Source: a virus | Lineage: Duplodnaviria > Caudoviricetes | Virus record (IMG/VR): IMGVR_UViG_3300036546_000248 | DNA: 64,000 bases | Strand: one strand, 5' to 3' | Part shown: one piece after another, positions 39,616 to 50,030 of the stretch | Layout of the letters: every line of letters begins with the position of its first letter | Position numbering within the stretch: position 1 is the stretch's first letter | Notes under the pieces: generated by a model | Database searches by the model: none | Seen by the model: only the letters and a program-made list of their open reading frames with translations | Told to the model about the DNA's origin: nothing | Position numbers and translations under genes: made by a program

Positions 39616-40101
39616 ATAGGTAAACATGTAGATGGTTGCACGGTTGTCCAGCTGACGATCTACAATCAATAACTCTTCAAGATATTGACGGAACTCCAAT
39701 GGCCAACCTTCGAAATCGCGCAAGAACCGCCGCACTTCCAAAGAGCGACTTTGGATCTTCTTGACATTGAAGGGGAACAGGCTTTTGATTACCACCACAG
39801 CCATTGTTACTTGTAGGTCCGTAGTTTGGTCTTCTTCAAATTCCTGCATAAACAATTCAACCGTTACCCAAGCGCGTTCAAGCACTTGATACAGATGGTC
39901 ACGATTGCTACAAGCAGCCAACACATAAGCTGCGAACTCTTCGCCCAAGACTGTAACCAACAAACGCAACCGAGTACGGGTGAATTCGTCAACCGCCGCT
40001 GCCTTAAGCGAAGGGTTTACAGAAAGCACGCGATTGGCTTGCATCGATTGGGCGTCAGCTTGAGTCACTAAACGCCGCATAAATTTCATGACAACTCCCA
40101 C
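39607..40101 (-). CDS. hypothetical protein
   Basis: ORF in a co-directional run downstream of sbcC. Confidence 0.65.
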   Translation of the reverse strand: MGVVMKFMRRLVTQADAQSMQANRVLSVNPSLKAAAVDEFTRTRLRLLVTVLGEEFAAYVLAACSNRDHLYQVLERAWVTVELFMQEFEEDQTTDLQVTMAVVVIKSLFPFNVKKIQSRSLEVRRFLRDFEGWPLEFRQYLEELLIVDRQLDNRATIYMFTYAA

Positions 40102-40424
40102 TTAAGGTCTGCCGGTTCGTAACGTTGGAAGCTACCGTAGCCCCCCTGCTCAAACTGAAACGCAGGTTTACCCAGAGCATCGAGGGCGTGTCCTAACTTG
40201 CCGTCATATAAGCACAGCGCGAAGGAATCCCACGCGCTGTGTTCACACGGTATAATCGGACCTGCGTTTTTGACCCAGTTGAACAGGTAGGCATGAAGTA
40301 GGCAGGCTTGGGGTGCACCGACCACCTGCCCACGAACATCGATAGGTAGATAGAACAGTACTTCCCCACTGAGCAACTCTCGACCGGTGAGTCGGAAGTT
40401 GACAAACTCCTTTACCACACTCAT
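40086..40424 (-). CDS. hypothetical protein
   Basis: 112-aa ORF in the same run. Confidence 0.65.
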   Translation of the reverse strand: MSVVKEFVNFRLTGRELLSGEVLFYLPIDVRGQVVGAPQACLLHAYLFNWVKNAGPIIPCEHSAWDSFALCLYDGKLGHALDALGKPAFQFEQGGYGSFQRYEPADLKWELS

Positions 40425-40439
40425 GCGCTACCCCGACCC

Positions 40440-41009
40440 TTACTCGTCGTCTTCCTTCTCTTCCTCTTCCTCTTCTTCGGATTCGGACTCTTCCTCCTCC
40501 TGTTCTTCTTCCTGCTCTTCCTCTTCCTCCTGTTCTTCTTCCTGTTCACCGCCTTCGGCGCCGCCAGTAGGCTCTGCGTCTTCTTCGGTGTCAGTGTTGG
40601 TCAGGTCAGCAGGGTCGGTACCGTCATCGTTTTCACCGCCTTCATTCGGCAGACCTGCGTCGGCTTCGTTGGCACCACCGATGATCACACCTGGCTTCGG
40701 GTTGTTGTCGTCTTCACTCAACACCAAGGCACCGGCCTTCTGGGAGATTTCCAGATGTTCGACGAACTTCTTCTTCGCCTCCCCTACCTCGGTAGGATCG
40801 CCGATACCGGTCAGGACGACACCGCGATCACGCAGCAGTTCGATGACGGCGAGCAGGTCGTTCATCTTGGCGACGATCGTCTGGTGTGAAGGTTTCTCGG
40901 TCTTCGGGTCGATCGACTGCAGACTGAAACGGTTGCCTTTGGAAAAAGCAACGGAGAGTTCAGCTGCTTCTTCAGCAGCGGTTTGCACCAAGTTCTCAAT
41001 GAGGTTCAT
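40440..41009 (-). CDS. protein with MazG-like helical N-domain and very acidic C-terminal tail
   Basis: AEEAAEL..AFSK..RF..MNDLLAVIELL resembles the MazG EExxE..D pattern; terminal EEEQEEEEEQEEEQEEEESESEEEEEEEKEDDE. Confidence 0.6.
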   Translation of the reverse strand: MNLIENLVQTAAEEAAELSVAFSKGNRFSLQSIDPKTEKPSHQTIVAKMNDLLAVIELLRDRGVVLTGIGDPTEVGEAKKKFVEHLEISQKAGALVLSEDDNNPKPGVIIGGANEADAGLPNEGGENDDGTDPADLTNTDTEEDAEPTGGAEGGEQEEEQEEEEEQEEEQEEEESESEEEEEEEKEDDE

Positions 41010-41059
41010 GAGTTAACACCTTTGATTTAATGAAAGGGACACAAGACCATGTCATAACA

Positions 41060-43528
41060 TCAGGCCATGGTCACGTGTTGATTATGTCTCATGGGTACGG
41101 TGATATTGGCAGCATCCATAACCAACACCTCAGCGTTCGTAAACGAACCGTGTGATGAGGCATAGTGACTAATCATAAATACTTGGCTAAAACCTTTCGT
41201 TTCCACAAGGTCTTTAACGAAGTTCATGACGTTCGTCCGATGACGTTCATCAAACGAATGACCCAGTTCGTCCAAGTACAACGGGTAGTCTGTTAGGCGC
41301 AAATAGAACATCACGATCAGCTTAAAGGCAAAATCAATGATCTCACATTGGCCTGTTGATCCCTTAGCCACATCCGGTACCCGGTTAGCTTCTGATTTAA
41401 CATGAATCGGGAATTTGTAATCCAACTCCCCAGATTCCAGCCCACACGGTACAATGTTGAGGTCGTATTCCCACACATTCCCAATCAATGTATTCATGTG
41501 GTCAGTAAAGGCTTTGATGAATCCAATCAACTGTTCAGCAATCAAGCCATCCACAGGGGACAAGATCTTCGCCAGAATTTTGTACGTCTCCCACTTTTTA
41601 TTGGTGAGTTCATGGTCCAACATCAGGTCGTTGATTAAACCTTCAACCGCATGCTTTTCTGCAATCTTAGATTTGAGTACACCCAATCGTGCTTGATGGG
41701 CTTGGATCACCCGATCGATTCCGTTGTTACGGTACTCCACCACAAGGTCTTCATAAGCTGCCAACTTCTCCCCATGAAGCACTTGGAGACGCTGTCCAAC
41801 CTCAGTGACGGTGTGGGCGTCACGTAGCGCACGAGTCAACGACATATGACTGGCTTTAGCTTCTACCAACTCCTCTGTCAACAACGAGATCTTCTGCTCA
41901 GTCTCATTAATGTGGGCCGACAAACTTTCAAAGCCGGTAGCCGACTCCATTGCCTTCAAAGCCAACTCGAGCTTTTTAAGACGTTGATCGTATTCAGCCA
42001 ACTCCACCCAATGTTTGACGTCTTCGGTAAAGATACCGTAGTCCCTGATCCAGCGTTTGGGATTGTCATGGATGGCTTCAGCTTCGATCATTCGATCCCA
42101 AAGAGGTTTCAAACTACGGAAGCTGTTAACCAACCCTTTAAAACGTGTGATGTAACTACTAAAGGTTTCGGCTTCAGTGAGGTACGTTTCGTTGACTTCC
42201 AACTCTTTCTGAAAATCAGCAACCTTAATCCGAGCCTTAGCAATGAAGTCTTCAATCATGCCCTTACGATCATCGGCATTGTCGGGGTACCAACGATGCT
42301 TACAGCTCGGACATTCTTGTTGACACACACCGTTTAGATGCTCGAGTTTGATCTCCTCACGACTGATCCGGTTATTGAGGTTAGCGATGTTCTCTTTGAG
42401 TTCTCGTGTAGCCTCACGGGTACGAGTCACCTGATCGCGGTTAAAACGCATCCCGACGTTATCAGGGATCTCTTGAACGATGGACATGAACTCTTCACGT
42501 GCTTGGTCCAACGCCGTCAACGTTCCGAAGGCATCGCTCTGACCATCCCACTGATATTCACGAATCTTCTGTCGAACCTCGAGGGACTTGTCATGAAGTT
42601 CGTGGATCTCTTGTCGAGCAGCGTCCACATCGGTTACACCCGACTGCTGAACCGTGTGTTGGAGCTTGAGTAGATCATCCAGACTGTTGCTGGTGTGACT
42701 AATCGACATCTCCAGACCTTGCACCCGATAGCGTGCTTTATCCACGGCCTCAGACAAGGCCTCTAAAGAGCCGTAGCGCTTGATGACAGAGTCGTTCTGC
42801 CGTAGTTCCAATACCTCACGGGCCAAGGCTTCTTCTTGTCGTGCCAGCTCTTCTAGGCGGTTACGGGAGCCTTGAGGTGGACGGCCAAACCGGGACATGT
42901 ACAACAGGTCCAACTCGTCATTCAACAGCGCCAGTTCATCTTCATCGTCCTCACTAACCCCCAGACTCTTGAGCTTGAGAGTTTCATCCGTGAGGCGATT
43001 TGCTACGTGTTTCACCGCACCTTGATGGTCACGCGCTGCGCTGGCCAACTTTTTATGCGTTGCAAGGGCATAACTGAAATCGGTATCGCAGAGTTTGGTC
43101 AACCAGTCCCGCCGCTTAGTGAAGCTCATGGTGGTGAACTTCTCATTACCCACTAACAAATCGTGGATATCGGAGGTGTAGCTGAAATGTGATTCCACCA
43201 GTTCTTTTTGAATGGTGATCGTGCCGCCTCGATTGAGTTCCTCAGAACCGTCAATCAGAAACGAGTGCCGAGCACTACCGCCTGCGAAGTTGGAGGTGAG
43301 TTCATAAATCTTACCGTTGTGGAGCCACTTGCTGTACTTGCGACCCCCTTTAACGTAATCGGCAGGATTCGCCGGAAGAGGGGAAGCTTCGTAAACAACA
43401 GAACTCTTACCACTCCCGTTAGTCCCCAGAATGATTTGGTAGACGTCGGTGGGTGTATAACGGAATTGTTTGATGTTGTTCAGCATCAGGCGACGATAGC
43501 CGTCCAAGTGCAATTCTAAGAGTTTCAT
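41060..43528 (-). CDS. sbcC: SbcC/Rad50-like ATPase (phiKZ gp165-like)
   Basis: Walker A GTNGSGKSS, coiled coils, zinc hook CPSC, signature GSTGQ, Walker B LYLDE, H-loop ISH. Confidence 0.9.
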   Translation of the reverse strand: MKLLELHLDGYRRLMLNNIKQFRYTPTDVYQIILGTNGSGKSSVVYEASPLPANPADYVKGGRKYSKWLHNGKIYELTSNFAGGSARHSFLIDGSEELNRGGTITIQKELVESHFSYTSDIHDLLVGNEKFTTMSFTKRRDWLTKLCDTDFSYALATHKKLASAARDHQGAVKHVANRLTDETLKLKSLGVSEDDEDELALLNDELDLLYMSRFGRPPQGSRNRLEELARQEEALAREVLELRQNDSVIKRYGSLEALSEAVDKARYRVQGLEMSISHTSNSLDDLLKLQHTVQQSGVTDVDAARQEIHELHDKSLEVRQKIREYQWDGQSDAFGTLTALDQAREEFMSIVQEIPDNVGMRFNRDQVTRTREATRELKENIANLNNRISREEIKLEHLNGVCQQECPSCKHRWYPDNADDRKGMIEDFIAKARIKVADFQKELEVNETYLTEAETFSSYITRFKGLVNSFRSLKPLWDRMIEAEAIHDNPKRWIRDYGIFTEDVKHWVELAEYDQRLKKLELALKAMESATGFESLSAHINETEQKISLLTEELVEAKASHMSLTRALRDAHTVTEVGQRLQVLHGEKLAAYEDLVVEYRNNGIDRVIQAHQARLGVLKSKIAEKHAVEGLINDLMLDHELTNKKWETYKILAKILSPVDGLIAEQLIGFIKAFTDHMNTLIGNVWEYDLNIVPCGLESGELDYKFPIHVKSEANRVPDVAKGSTGQCEIIDFAFKLIVMFYLRLTDYPLYLDELGHSFDERHRTNVMNFVKDLVETKGFSQVFMISHYASSHGSFTNAEVLVMDAANITVPMRHNQHVTMA

Positions 43529-43566
43529 AACAAGCTTCCAAGGTTCCTTACATAGTTTATGAGCCG

Positions 43567-44355
43567 TTGATAGTTTTTTATAGGTGCCTTATGCAAGCCT
43601 CATGCTTTCAAAATGTTGCACTCGGCATCGTGGCCGAGAATAAAGCAATGAAGGATGCTTCGGGTAAGTTTAACCGAACCATTCTCGTCACAGACATTGA
43701 ATCCCTTAACATGACCAACGGGGAAATTCGTTCTAACCCCGAACAGTTGGAGTCATCAGGTGTAGATGCCACCGGGAAGGTCTATAACAGCGCTGTGGTG
43801 GTCGATCAGGTCATTGAGGCAACGTGGGTGCCCTTTCTCAGCAATCGTCTAACAGCGCCCGACGTACGCCGTGGTGAGCGAGTACGCCTTTGGCGCAGTG
43901 GTGATGCTGACAAGTACTACTGGTCCACAATGGGGTTGGATGAGAACCTGCGTAAGCTTGAGACAGTGATCTTCGCATTCAGTGGAACTCAGGATGAGTC
44001 TCAAACGGAACTCGACCTTGAGAACTGCTATTACTTCGAAGTCTCAACCCACAACAAAACCATTACGCTCCAAACCTCAGCTAGTAATGGAGAACCCTTT
44101 CGCTATACCGCCCAAATCAATGCGGCAGAAGGCGCGCTCCTTATTGAAGATGACGTCGGTAACTCCTTTGAGCTTGACAGTACTGAAAACCGTCTAACCT
44201 TGGAAAATGCTGATGACTCCAAGGTTGAACTGAACCGAGGGAAAATTGCCATTGTCGCTAACGAAGAAGTCTCCCTCACGGTGGGTGGTACCAAACAAGT
44301 TTGGAAGCCTAATATCACCACCCTGAAGACGCCTAAGTTTGCAGGAGGTAGTTAA
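43567..44355 (+). CDS. baseplate central spike protein (phiKZ gp164-like)
   Basis: OB-like N-domain plus beta-helix-type repeats; directly followed by a PAAR gene. Confidence 0.72.
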   Translation: MIVFYRCLMQASCFQNVALGIVAENKAMKDASGKFNRTILVTDIESLNMTNGEIRSNPEQLESSGVDATGKVYNSAVVVDQVIEATWVPFLSNRLTAPDVRRGERVRLWRSGDADKYYWSTMGLDENLRKLETVIFAFSGTQDESQTELDLENCYYFEVSTHNKTITLQTSASNGEPFRYTAQINAAEGALLIEDDVGNSFELDSTENRLTLENADDSKVELNRGKIAIVANEEVSLTVGGTKQVWKPNITTLKTPKFAGGS

Positions 44356-44618
44356 TGCCCGGTATCACAGTAAAAGGTTTGGATAGTGCTGGTGGGACTC
44401 AGTTAGCAGGAGGACAAAGTGCATTCACCGTCAATGGGCAAGCTGTTGTTGTAAAAGGCGATCCAGTAGCCGGTCATGGCAATGCACCCCATAGCGGTCC
44501 AGTCATGGCTGAAGGTTCGAGTTGGATGACTTGGGACGGTATCCCCGTTGTACGTGCAGGTCACAAGGCCACCTGTGGTCACGCAGCAACCGGACAGAGT
44601 AATTGGGAGATCGATTAA
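44355..44618 (+). CDS. PAAR-domain spike tip protein
   Basis: VNGQAVVVKGDPVAGH..PH, GIPVVRAGHKATCGH. Confidence 0.85.
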   Translation: MPGITVKGLDSAGGTQLAGGQSAFTVNGQAVVVKGDPVAGHGNAPHSGPVMAEGSSWMTWDGIPVVRAGHKATCGHAATGQSNWEID

Positions 44619-44619
44619 T

Positions 44620-44649
44620 GCGGCGGGGGAAACCCCGCTGTATGCCGCC
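44620..44649 (+). terminator. GC hairpin followed by TATGCCGCC
   Basis: GCGGCGGGG-GAAA-CCCCGCTGT. Confidence 0.7.
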
Positions 44650-44687
44650 AGAAATGATATGAAGACCCACACACAGAGTATCCTTGG

Positions 44688-45332
44688 ATGAAAATCAAGA
44701 CGTCTAATATCTGGCGCATCCCTAACGCCTTGAGATTTAAGCAACAAAACATGTGGAAACAAGCAATGCAAGTGTTTGCCAAGCAAGGTGGTCGTTGGGT
44801 CAAAACGGCTGATTACAACCCTGCTTTGTTTTTTGACACCTATTGCAATACCACTAACAGTAATGTAAACAGCTATGCCTACGACACTATTTGGAAGGGG
44901 AATTTTGTTGTAGAGGCGGGTGACACATTCGAGTTTGAAATGTACGCCACCACACCGATGGCCACTTTGGACATTGACTTTGGTGTTGATAAACTGCGAC
45001 ATCTTCCCGTGGTGGACCAAAATGGTAAACGTATCCACGCTGCTGAATTGGTGTGGGAACAAGTTAACCGTTGGCATCACCGCGTCTTTAACTTAGACCC
45101 TATCGTAGGTTACGTTGGTACAACTGCAGCCTGTGCCATTGAAGACGACCAACCCGGTTGGCGACACCTATTCGCCCGCAATGCGTACATCAAAAATCGT
45201 TTTGGTCAAATCAAAGTCGATTTCTTACGGGACGTAGGTTTCTTTGCACCTCACGAGCCTTGGCCGGGTGGTGGTTATGCCAACTACTCTTTCCAAACCA
45301 AAAGTTTGGTTAGTTCTGCTAACTTTGATTAA
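44688..45332 (+). CDS. putative tail-associated beta-sandwich protein, paralog 1
   Basis: Trp-repeat N-terminus; shares DQNG, PIVG and EDD motifs with 45345..46031. Confidence 0.65.
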   Translation: MKIKTSNIWRIPNALRFKQQNMWKQAMQVFAKQGGRWVKTADYNPALFFDTYCNTTNSNVNSYAYDTIWKGNFVVEAGDTFEFEMYATTPMATLDIDFGVDKLRHLPVVDQNGKRIHAAELVWEQVNRWHHRVFNLDPIVGYVGTTAACAIEDDQPGWRHLFARNAYIKNRFGQIKVDFLRDVGFFAPHEPWPGGGYANYSFQTKSLVSSANFD

Positions 45333-45344
45333 GAGGTCTTTACC

Positions 45345-46031
45345 ATGAGAATTAAAGCCGGGTCTGGTTGGCGTGACCCGAAACAGGTGGCTGTTAAGAC
45401 CGATGCTGTTTGGAAGGAGGCTTCTGAGGTCCATCACAAACAAGGAAATGGTAAGTGGTTGAAGGTGTATGACAAAGCTCCAGTTTTCCGTTTCATCGCA
45501 AACAGTGGTGGTAACGTCGCAGTCAATCCTTGTATTTATGATCGCTTCTGGGGCGGCAACTACATTGTCCAACCGGGAGACTATCTGGAATACGAGATGT
45601 GTATTGGGGTAGGCGTTCAATATCCGGCAATCGAGCTGGTTTTCACAGGACACCCTGCCGCACCACGTGCAGCCTTCTACACCTTGGCAATGAGGGGTTA
45701 TACCGTACCTTCAGATCAAAACGGACATCTGGCCCATGCGGGAACTCACGGTATGTGGAAATCTGGTGTGTGGCATTACCGTAAGATAGGGTTAGGTCCG
45801 ATAGTTGGGACCGATGTCATTGCAGCGCTGGCTGTGTTCGAGGATGACAGTGGTGGCCGCAAAGAATCTTACTACCGACGGGTTTCGATCAAGAGTTTGA
45901 ACGGTACAGTTAAAGTCAATCTCTTCAGTAACGCGCTGGGTGTTCCTCAAGCTGATCCGTGGTACAACCCTGGTGATTTGCGTGACTACACCTACGTGGT
46001 TAAGGACGTTATAGGACCTTACAATCCGTAA
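45345..46031 (+). CDS. putative tail-associated beta-sandwich protein, paralog 2
   Basis: tandem paralog of 44688..45332; GAGG RBS. Confidence 0.65.
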   Translation: MRIKAGSGWRDPKQVAVKTDAVWKEASEVHHKQGNGKWLKVYDKAPVFRFIANSGGNVAVNPCIYDRFWGGNYIVQPGDYLEYEMCIGVGVQYPAIELVFTGHPAAPRAAFYTLAMRGYTVPSDQNGHLAHAGTHGMWKSGVWHYRKIGLGPIVGTDVIAALAVFEDDSGGRKESYYRRVSIKSLNGTVKVNLFSNALGVPQADPWYNPGDLRDYTYVVKDVIGPYNP

Positions 46032-46076
46032 CGGGCATAAAACAGGACAGGGGTAACCCTGTCCTGTATGCCGTCA
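46032..46076. terminator. bidirectional hairpin with GGGCATA / TATGCCGTCA arms
   Basis: ACAGGACAGGG-GTAA-CCCTGTCCTGT between convergent genes. Confidence 0.75.
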
Positions 46077-47333
46077 ATCGAAAACCGCAGCGCCAATCAA
46101 CCATTGAAACGCCATCGAATAGCGATCAGGTTCCGAACTGTACTTGGTGTCATCAAACGAGTTTTCTGTGAACAGTGACGTGGTCTCGTGATTGTAGGTT
46201 GGTCGTAGGTTCTCCTTACCTTTAATCACACACCGATCCATCTCAGTGATTTCCCACGTGTCGTACAACATCCCCTTTTTATACAGCACAGGTAAACCTG
46301 CTGGGGACTGCGTCAGATAGACGCCGGGTGTACGAGTACGTTCCACAGGTCGCTGACTCACCATCACGTCCGGATTGTCAACCAAGACAATAAAGGAGTT
46401 CGAAAGAGTCAACAGCGCTTTAAGGACGTCGTCACTGAACAGTTCTTCATTGGCCACCTGAACGTAGGTACCGTTCTTACGCGTCATGTGTGCGTGAAGC
46501 GTACTAAGGTCCATCCGCTTGAGCAACTCGAAGTACCGGGACTCCCACCCAAAATTACCCAGATCAACCTTGAAGCAGTTGTTGCCCAAGTAGCTAAAGA
46601 TCGACCCCAGTGAATGCAAAAACCCACCAACCGAGATCATCGGAAACATTTGTTCCACGTTGTACTCGCTCGGCACTTTGATGACGCAAAGATCGCTGAG
46701 ATTGGATTGACCTGACATCCCAGCGATCATGTCTTCGGTGATGGGTACTACTTTGAGTTTTCCGACTTTCTCAAAGCTCAGAATGCCAAGGTGGTTGTCG
46801 TTGTACAGCCGATTGCTGATACCCGCATCAATCACTTGAATCTCTTCATCCACCCCACGCATGGCTAAGTGGACCAAGTTATTCACGGTTACCAGACAGT
46901 AGTCCAAGAACCGTTGAGCAGTCACCCCTTCCTTATACATGCGAACGTCGTCTTTTTCAGACTTAGGCATTTGGACGCTAGGGTGAGCGGTTCGATGACA
47001 CAGGTCCATTTTCCAACCAGCTTGGATGGCGTCCTTATATTTGACGTACTCCACCTTAAGCTTCAGTGATTTCTCAGTCACTGGGAGTGAGGCCTGACCG
47101 AGCCCTGCCAACCACTGAGTGATGGTAGTGGTGTTGCTCTGTTGAGCAAAACGCTCAGCTACATCATCACAATCCAGTGTCAATTCCCCCTCGTAGTAGG
47201 GGTTTGTCAACACCAGATAGCATTTGGTGTAGAGTGAGGCGATTTGTCGTACAGGTACATCTGTTTCAGACGACTCAAACCAACTCCCCGTCCGACCACG
47301 TGTTTTGGCAATTACTTTTACTAGGGTGTACAT
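46074..47333 (-). CDS. conserved phiKZ-like virion structural protein
   Basis: start reassigned to MYTLVK (47333) behind an AGAGG RBS; divergent from the tail-fibre genes. Confidence 0.7.
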   Translation of the reverse strand: MYTLVKVIAKTRGRTGSWFESSETDVPVRQIASLYTKCYLVLTNPYYEGELTLDCDDVAERFAQQSNTTTITQWLAGLGQASLPVTEKSLKLKVEYVKYKDAIQAGWKMDLCHRTAHPSVQMPKSEKDDVRMYKEGVTAQRFLDYCLVTVNNLVHLAMRGVDEEIQVIDAGISNRLYNDNHLGILSFEKVGKLKVVPITEDMIAGMSGQSNLSDLCVIKVPSEYNVEQMFPMISVGGFLHSLGSIFSYLGNNCFKVDLGNFGWESRYFELLKRMDLSTLHAHMTRKNGTYVQVANEELFSDDVLKALLTLSNSFIVLVDNPDVMVSQRPVERTRTPGVYLTQSPAGLPVLYKKGMLYDTWEITEMDRCVIKGKENLRPTYNHETTSLFTENSFDDTKYSSEPDRYSMAFQWLIGAAVFD

Positions 47334-47463
47334 AGTGGTTCCTCTTTCGAAAACCTGTGCCTGCCCGGACTTGAGGGGGGCTTGCCAATGATATGGTGTG
47401 TAATAATTTACTCTCTGTTTAGGGAGCAACTATACCATTCGTTTAAATTCTGGAGAGCGCGGA

Positions 47464-49974
47464 ATGTCGCAGACCTACGTTTATCCATTCGACCCGACGG
47501 GCTCGTTGACTTCCAACGTGATCCCTAATGAACGGCATGTGCTGTCTGGGGTAACGGATCGTGAATTCAATTTCATCGTTCCCAAATTTGCACCGTTCTT
47601 TCGCAACAACTTGCGTATCCGTCATCTCGGCCTGGGTCGCGATTTGGTGGAAGGGGTGGATTACCACCTCACGCACTGGTTCCATGCAGCCTCCCACGGT
47701 GTGGGTCGTCCTGTTTATGGCTCTATCACTTTTATCGACCGTAGCCTGACGGGCGTAGTCGAACTCCGCTACCAGACCATCGGTGGGGACTGGGTGTATG
47801 ATGAGGGCACTGTCCTCGAACTGATGGCTAACCGCTTGATGAACCCACGCATCACTACGTGGGAACAAGTAGTGGACTTGCCTTTCCAGTTCCCGGTCAT
47901 CGACCACGAATGGGATCTGGATGACCTCACTGGCGCCAAAGAAGTCGTTGAAAAACTCGAAGGTATCACCGCTGCGATTAACGCGGCTAACGATGCCAAC
48001 GGTACTTCTCACGTGGGTGACACCAACAACCCACACCGCGTCACCAAGCTACAAGTCGGTCTGGGGTTGGTTGAAAACTATCCAATGGCCAACATTGCTG
48101 AAGCCACCGCCGGTTTGAGCAATGAGCTGTATATGACCCCGGTTCGGGTGCGTAACTTCGTTGAGAACTACGTCAACCCACTGTTTGAAACTCACACACT
48201 GCGTAACGATAACCCTCACGGGGTGACGAAGACGCAAGTGGGTCTGGGTAATGTGCAGAACTATGGCGTAGCCACTGCTGAACAAACCGTCGCAGGAACG
48301 TCCAACACCCTGTACGTAACGCCTGTCGCCGTGAAGGCAACACTTGATGCCAACGTGTTTCCTGTCATTACCGCCCACACCAACCGTAAGGATAATCCGC
48401 ACGGCGTAACTAAAGCACAGGTTGGTCTGAATCTGGTTGAAAACCTACCTCTAGCCAATCAAGCAGAAGCCATTGCCGGTAGTCGCAACGACCGCTATAT
48501 GACCCCATTGACGACTTACCAGATGGTCAGTCAGTACGTGGGAGAGGGGATGAACAACCACATCTCCAATCTGGACAACCCACACCGAGTGACTAAGGGT
48601 CAAGTAGGACTGGGTAACGTTCTGAACTACGGTGTTGCAACCGATACGGAAATGGTTGTTGGTACGGCGGATAACCTGTATACCACTCCGAAAGGCGTGC
48701 GGGCTGCTATTGAAGAAATCGCACTGTCCACGTATCGCGATCACACCAACGATGGTAACAACCCACACGGTACTACCAAAGCGCACGTGGGGTTGGGTAA
48801 TGTCGATAACTACCCCACCGCCACCCGCGCCGAAGCAGTGGCCGGTACTGCTACTAACCGATTCATGACTCCCGCAACCACTCAAGCGATGCTTGAGAAC
48901 ATTGTAGGAGATTCGGTAGGTAGTCACGTGAGTCGTCAAGACAACCCTCACCAGGTCACGAAAGCACAGGTTGGTTTGGGTAGCGTTGACAACTTCGCAA
49001 CAGCCAGTCAAGTCGAAGCAATGGAGGGCACTTCTGAGACGTTGTTCATGACGCCTTACACCACGCTATTGGTTTCTCAAGGTGCTGCACGTGCGTTGGT
49101 TAAAGAACACAGTGATCGTAAGGACAACCCACACGGCGTAACTGCCGCTCAATTGGGTGCGGTGACGACTGAAGACCTGGCAACCCGACTGTTGGGTTAT
49201 ATGACCAACGGTAGTAAAGCCGATGACTCGGCTAAGCTTAACGGGTACACCTACGAGCAAATCATGGCGTCGGTGTCTGGTGGTCAGGCCGATGACACCT
49301 TGCGTTTTGGTGGCTATAATGTCGAGGAACTGCGCGATCTCTATGCTCCGTACTACGCCCCTTTGGCTACCAAGCTGGAAGGGAAGTCGCTGAGTGAAGT
49401 GGCAGAGTATGCGGGTAGTTTTGCTTTGGCAGCCCCGGTCCTTCAAAAAGCCCCTTACAACTCTCCGGATGCGTCGGTTGGTGGTTGGACCAAATTGTTC
49501 GAGACCACTCAAACTCAGTTCAGCTTTTTGCTTTCAATTACAGGTGTGGAAAACGACAGACGGGTTGAAAGTTCGTTTGTGAGTTTCTACGACACCGAAA
49601 TGGATACGGATAATGATAAACTTCTGCAACGCTTCTTTGTTGCTGGACGCTATCATCCCCATGAGGTGTATGTTAAGCGACTGGGGGGTGTGTACTCGGT
49701 TTGGGTGAAACACAATTCGGTGAAGGTGGGCCATATCAGTTGCGTCATCTCCGGAGTAGACCGTGTTGACGATATAGTTGTCGTGACAGAGAGCTACGAT
49801 GAAGAGCCGGTCTGGGAAGACTTCGACCCAATGTACGAAGTCTTGTTGGACTCCTGTTCTGAGTCGGTGGACACTTTGATGACACTGTCCTCAGTGGAGC
49901 AATTGATCCAACTTCGTCTTGATGAACTTGCCGCAGAAATGCGAGCTGAAGCACAAGCATCCATCGCCGACTGA
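47464..49974 (+). CDS. tail fibre protein with seven 61-aa NPH repeats
   Basis: N-terminal YPFDPTG..N.I.NE.H domain; repeats NPHxVTKxQVGLGNV.NY...YxTP. Confidence 0.8.
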   Translation: MSQTYVYPFDPTGSLTSNVIPNERHVLSGVTDREFNFIVPKFAPFFRNNLRIRHLGLGRDLVEGVDYHLTHWFHAASHGVGRPVYGSITFIDRSLTGVVELRYQTIGGDWVYDEGTVLELMANRLMNPRITTWEQVVDLPFQFPVIDHEWDLDDLTGAKEVVEKLEGITAAINAANDANGTSHVGDTNNPHRVTKLQVGLGLVENYPMANIAEATAGLSNELYMTPVRVRNFVENYVNPLFETHTLRNDNPHGVTKTQVGLGNVQNYGVATAEQTVAGTSNTLYVTPVAVKATLDANVFPVITAHTNRKDNPHGVTKAQVGLNLVENLPLANQAEAIAGSRNDRYMTPLTTYQMVSQYVGEGMNNHISNLDNPHRVTKGQVGLGNVLNYGVATDTEMVVGTADNLYTTPKGVRAAIEEIALSTYRDHTNDGNNPHGTTKAHVGLGNVDNYPTATRAEAVAGTATNRFMTPATTQAMLENIVGDSVGSHVSRQDNPHQVTKAQVGLGSVDNFATASQVEAMEGTSETLFMTPYTTLLVSQGAARALVKEHSDRKDNPHGVTAAQLGAVTTEDLATRLLGYMTNGSKADDSAKLNGYTYEQIMASVSGGQADDTLRFGGYNVEELRDLYAPYYAPLATKLEGKSLSEVAEYAGSFALAAPVLQKAPYNSPDASVGGWTKLFETTQTQFSFLLSITGVENDRRVESSFVSFYDTEMDTDNDKLLQRFFVAGRYHPHEVYVKRLGGVYSVWVKHNSVKVGHISCVISGVDRVDDIVVVTESYDEEPVWEDFDPMYEVLLDSCSESVDTLMTLSSVEQLIQLRLDELAAEMRAEAQASIAD

Positions 49975-49985
49975 ATAACCACCTA

Positions 49986-50012
49986 GGTTGTGGTAGATAG
50001 CCTACCACAACC
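49986..50012 (+). terminator. intergenic hairpin
   Basis: GGTTGTGGTAG-ATAGC-CTACCACAACC between the two fibre genes; weak U-tract. Confidence 0.5.
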
Positions 50013-50030
50013 CTTTCGGAGTAACTCGTT

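Noticed and set aside
40387-41016. poly-Ser plus-strand ORF
   Set aside because: It is the reverse-complement reading of the GAA/GAG-rich poly-Glu tail of 40440..41009.
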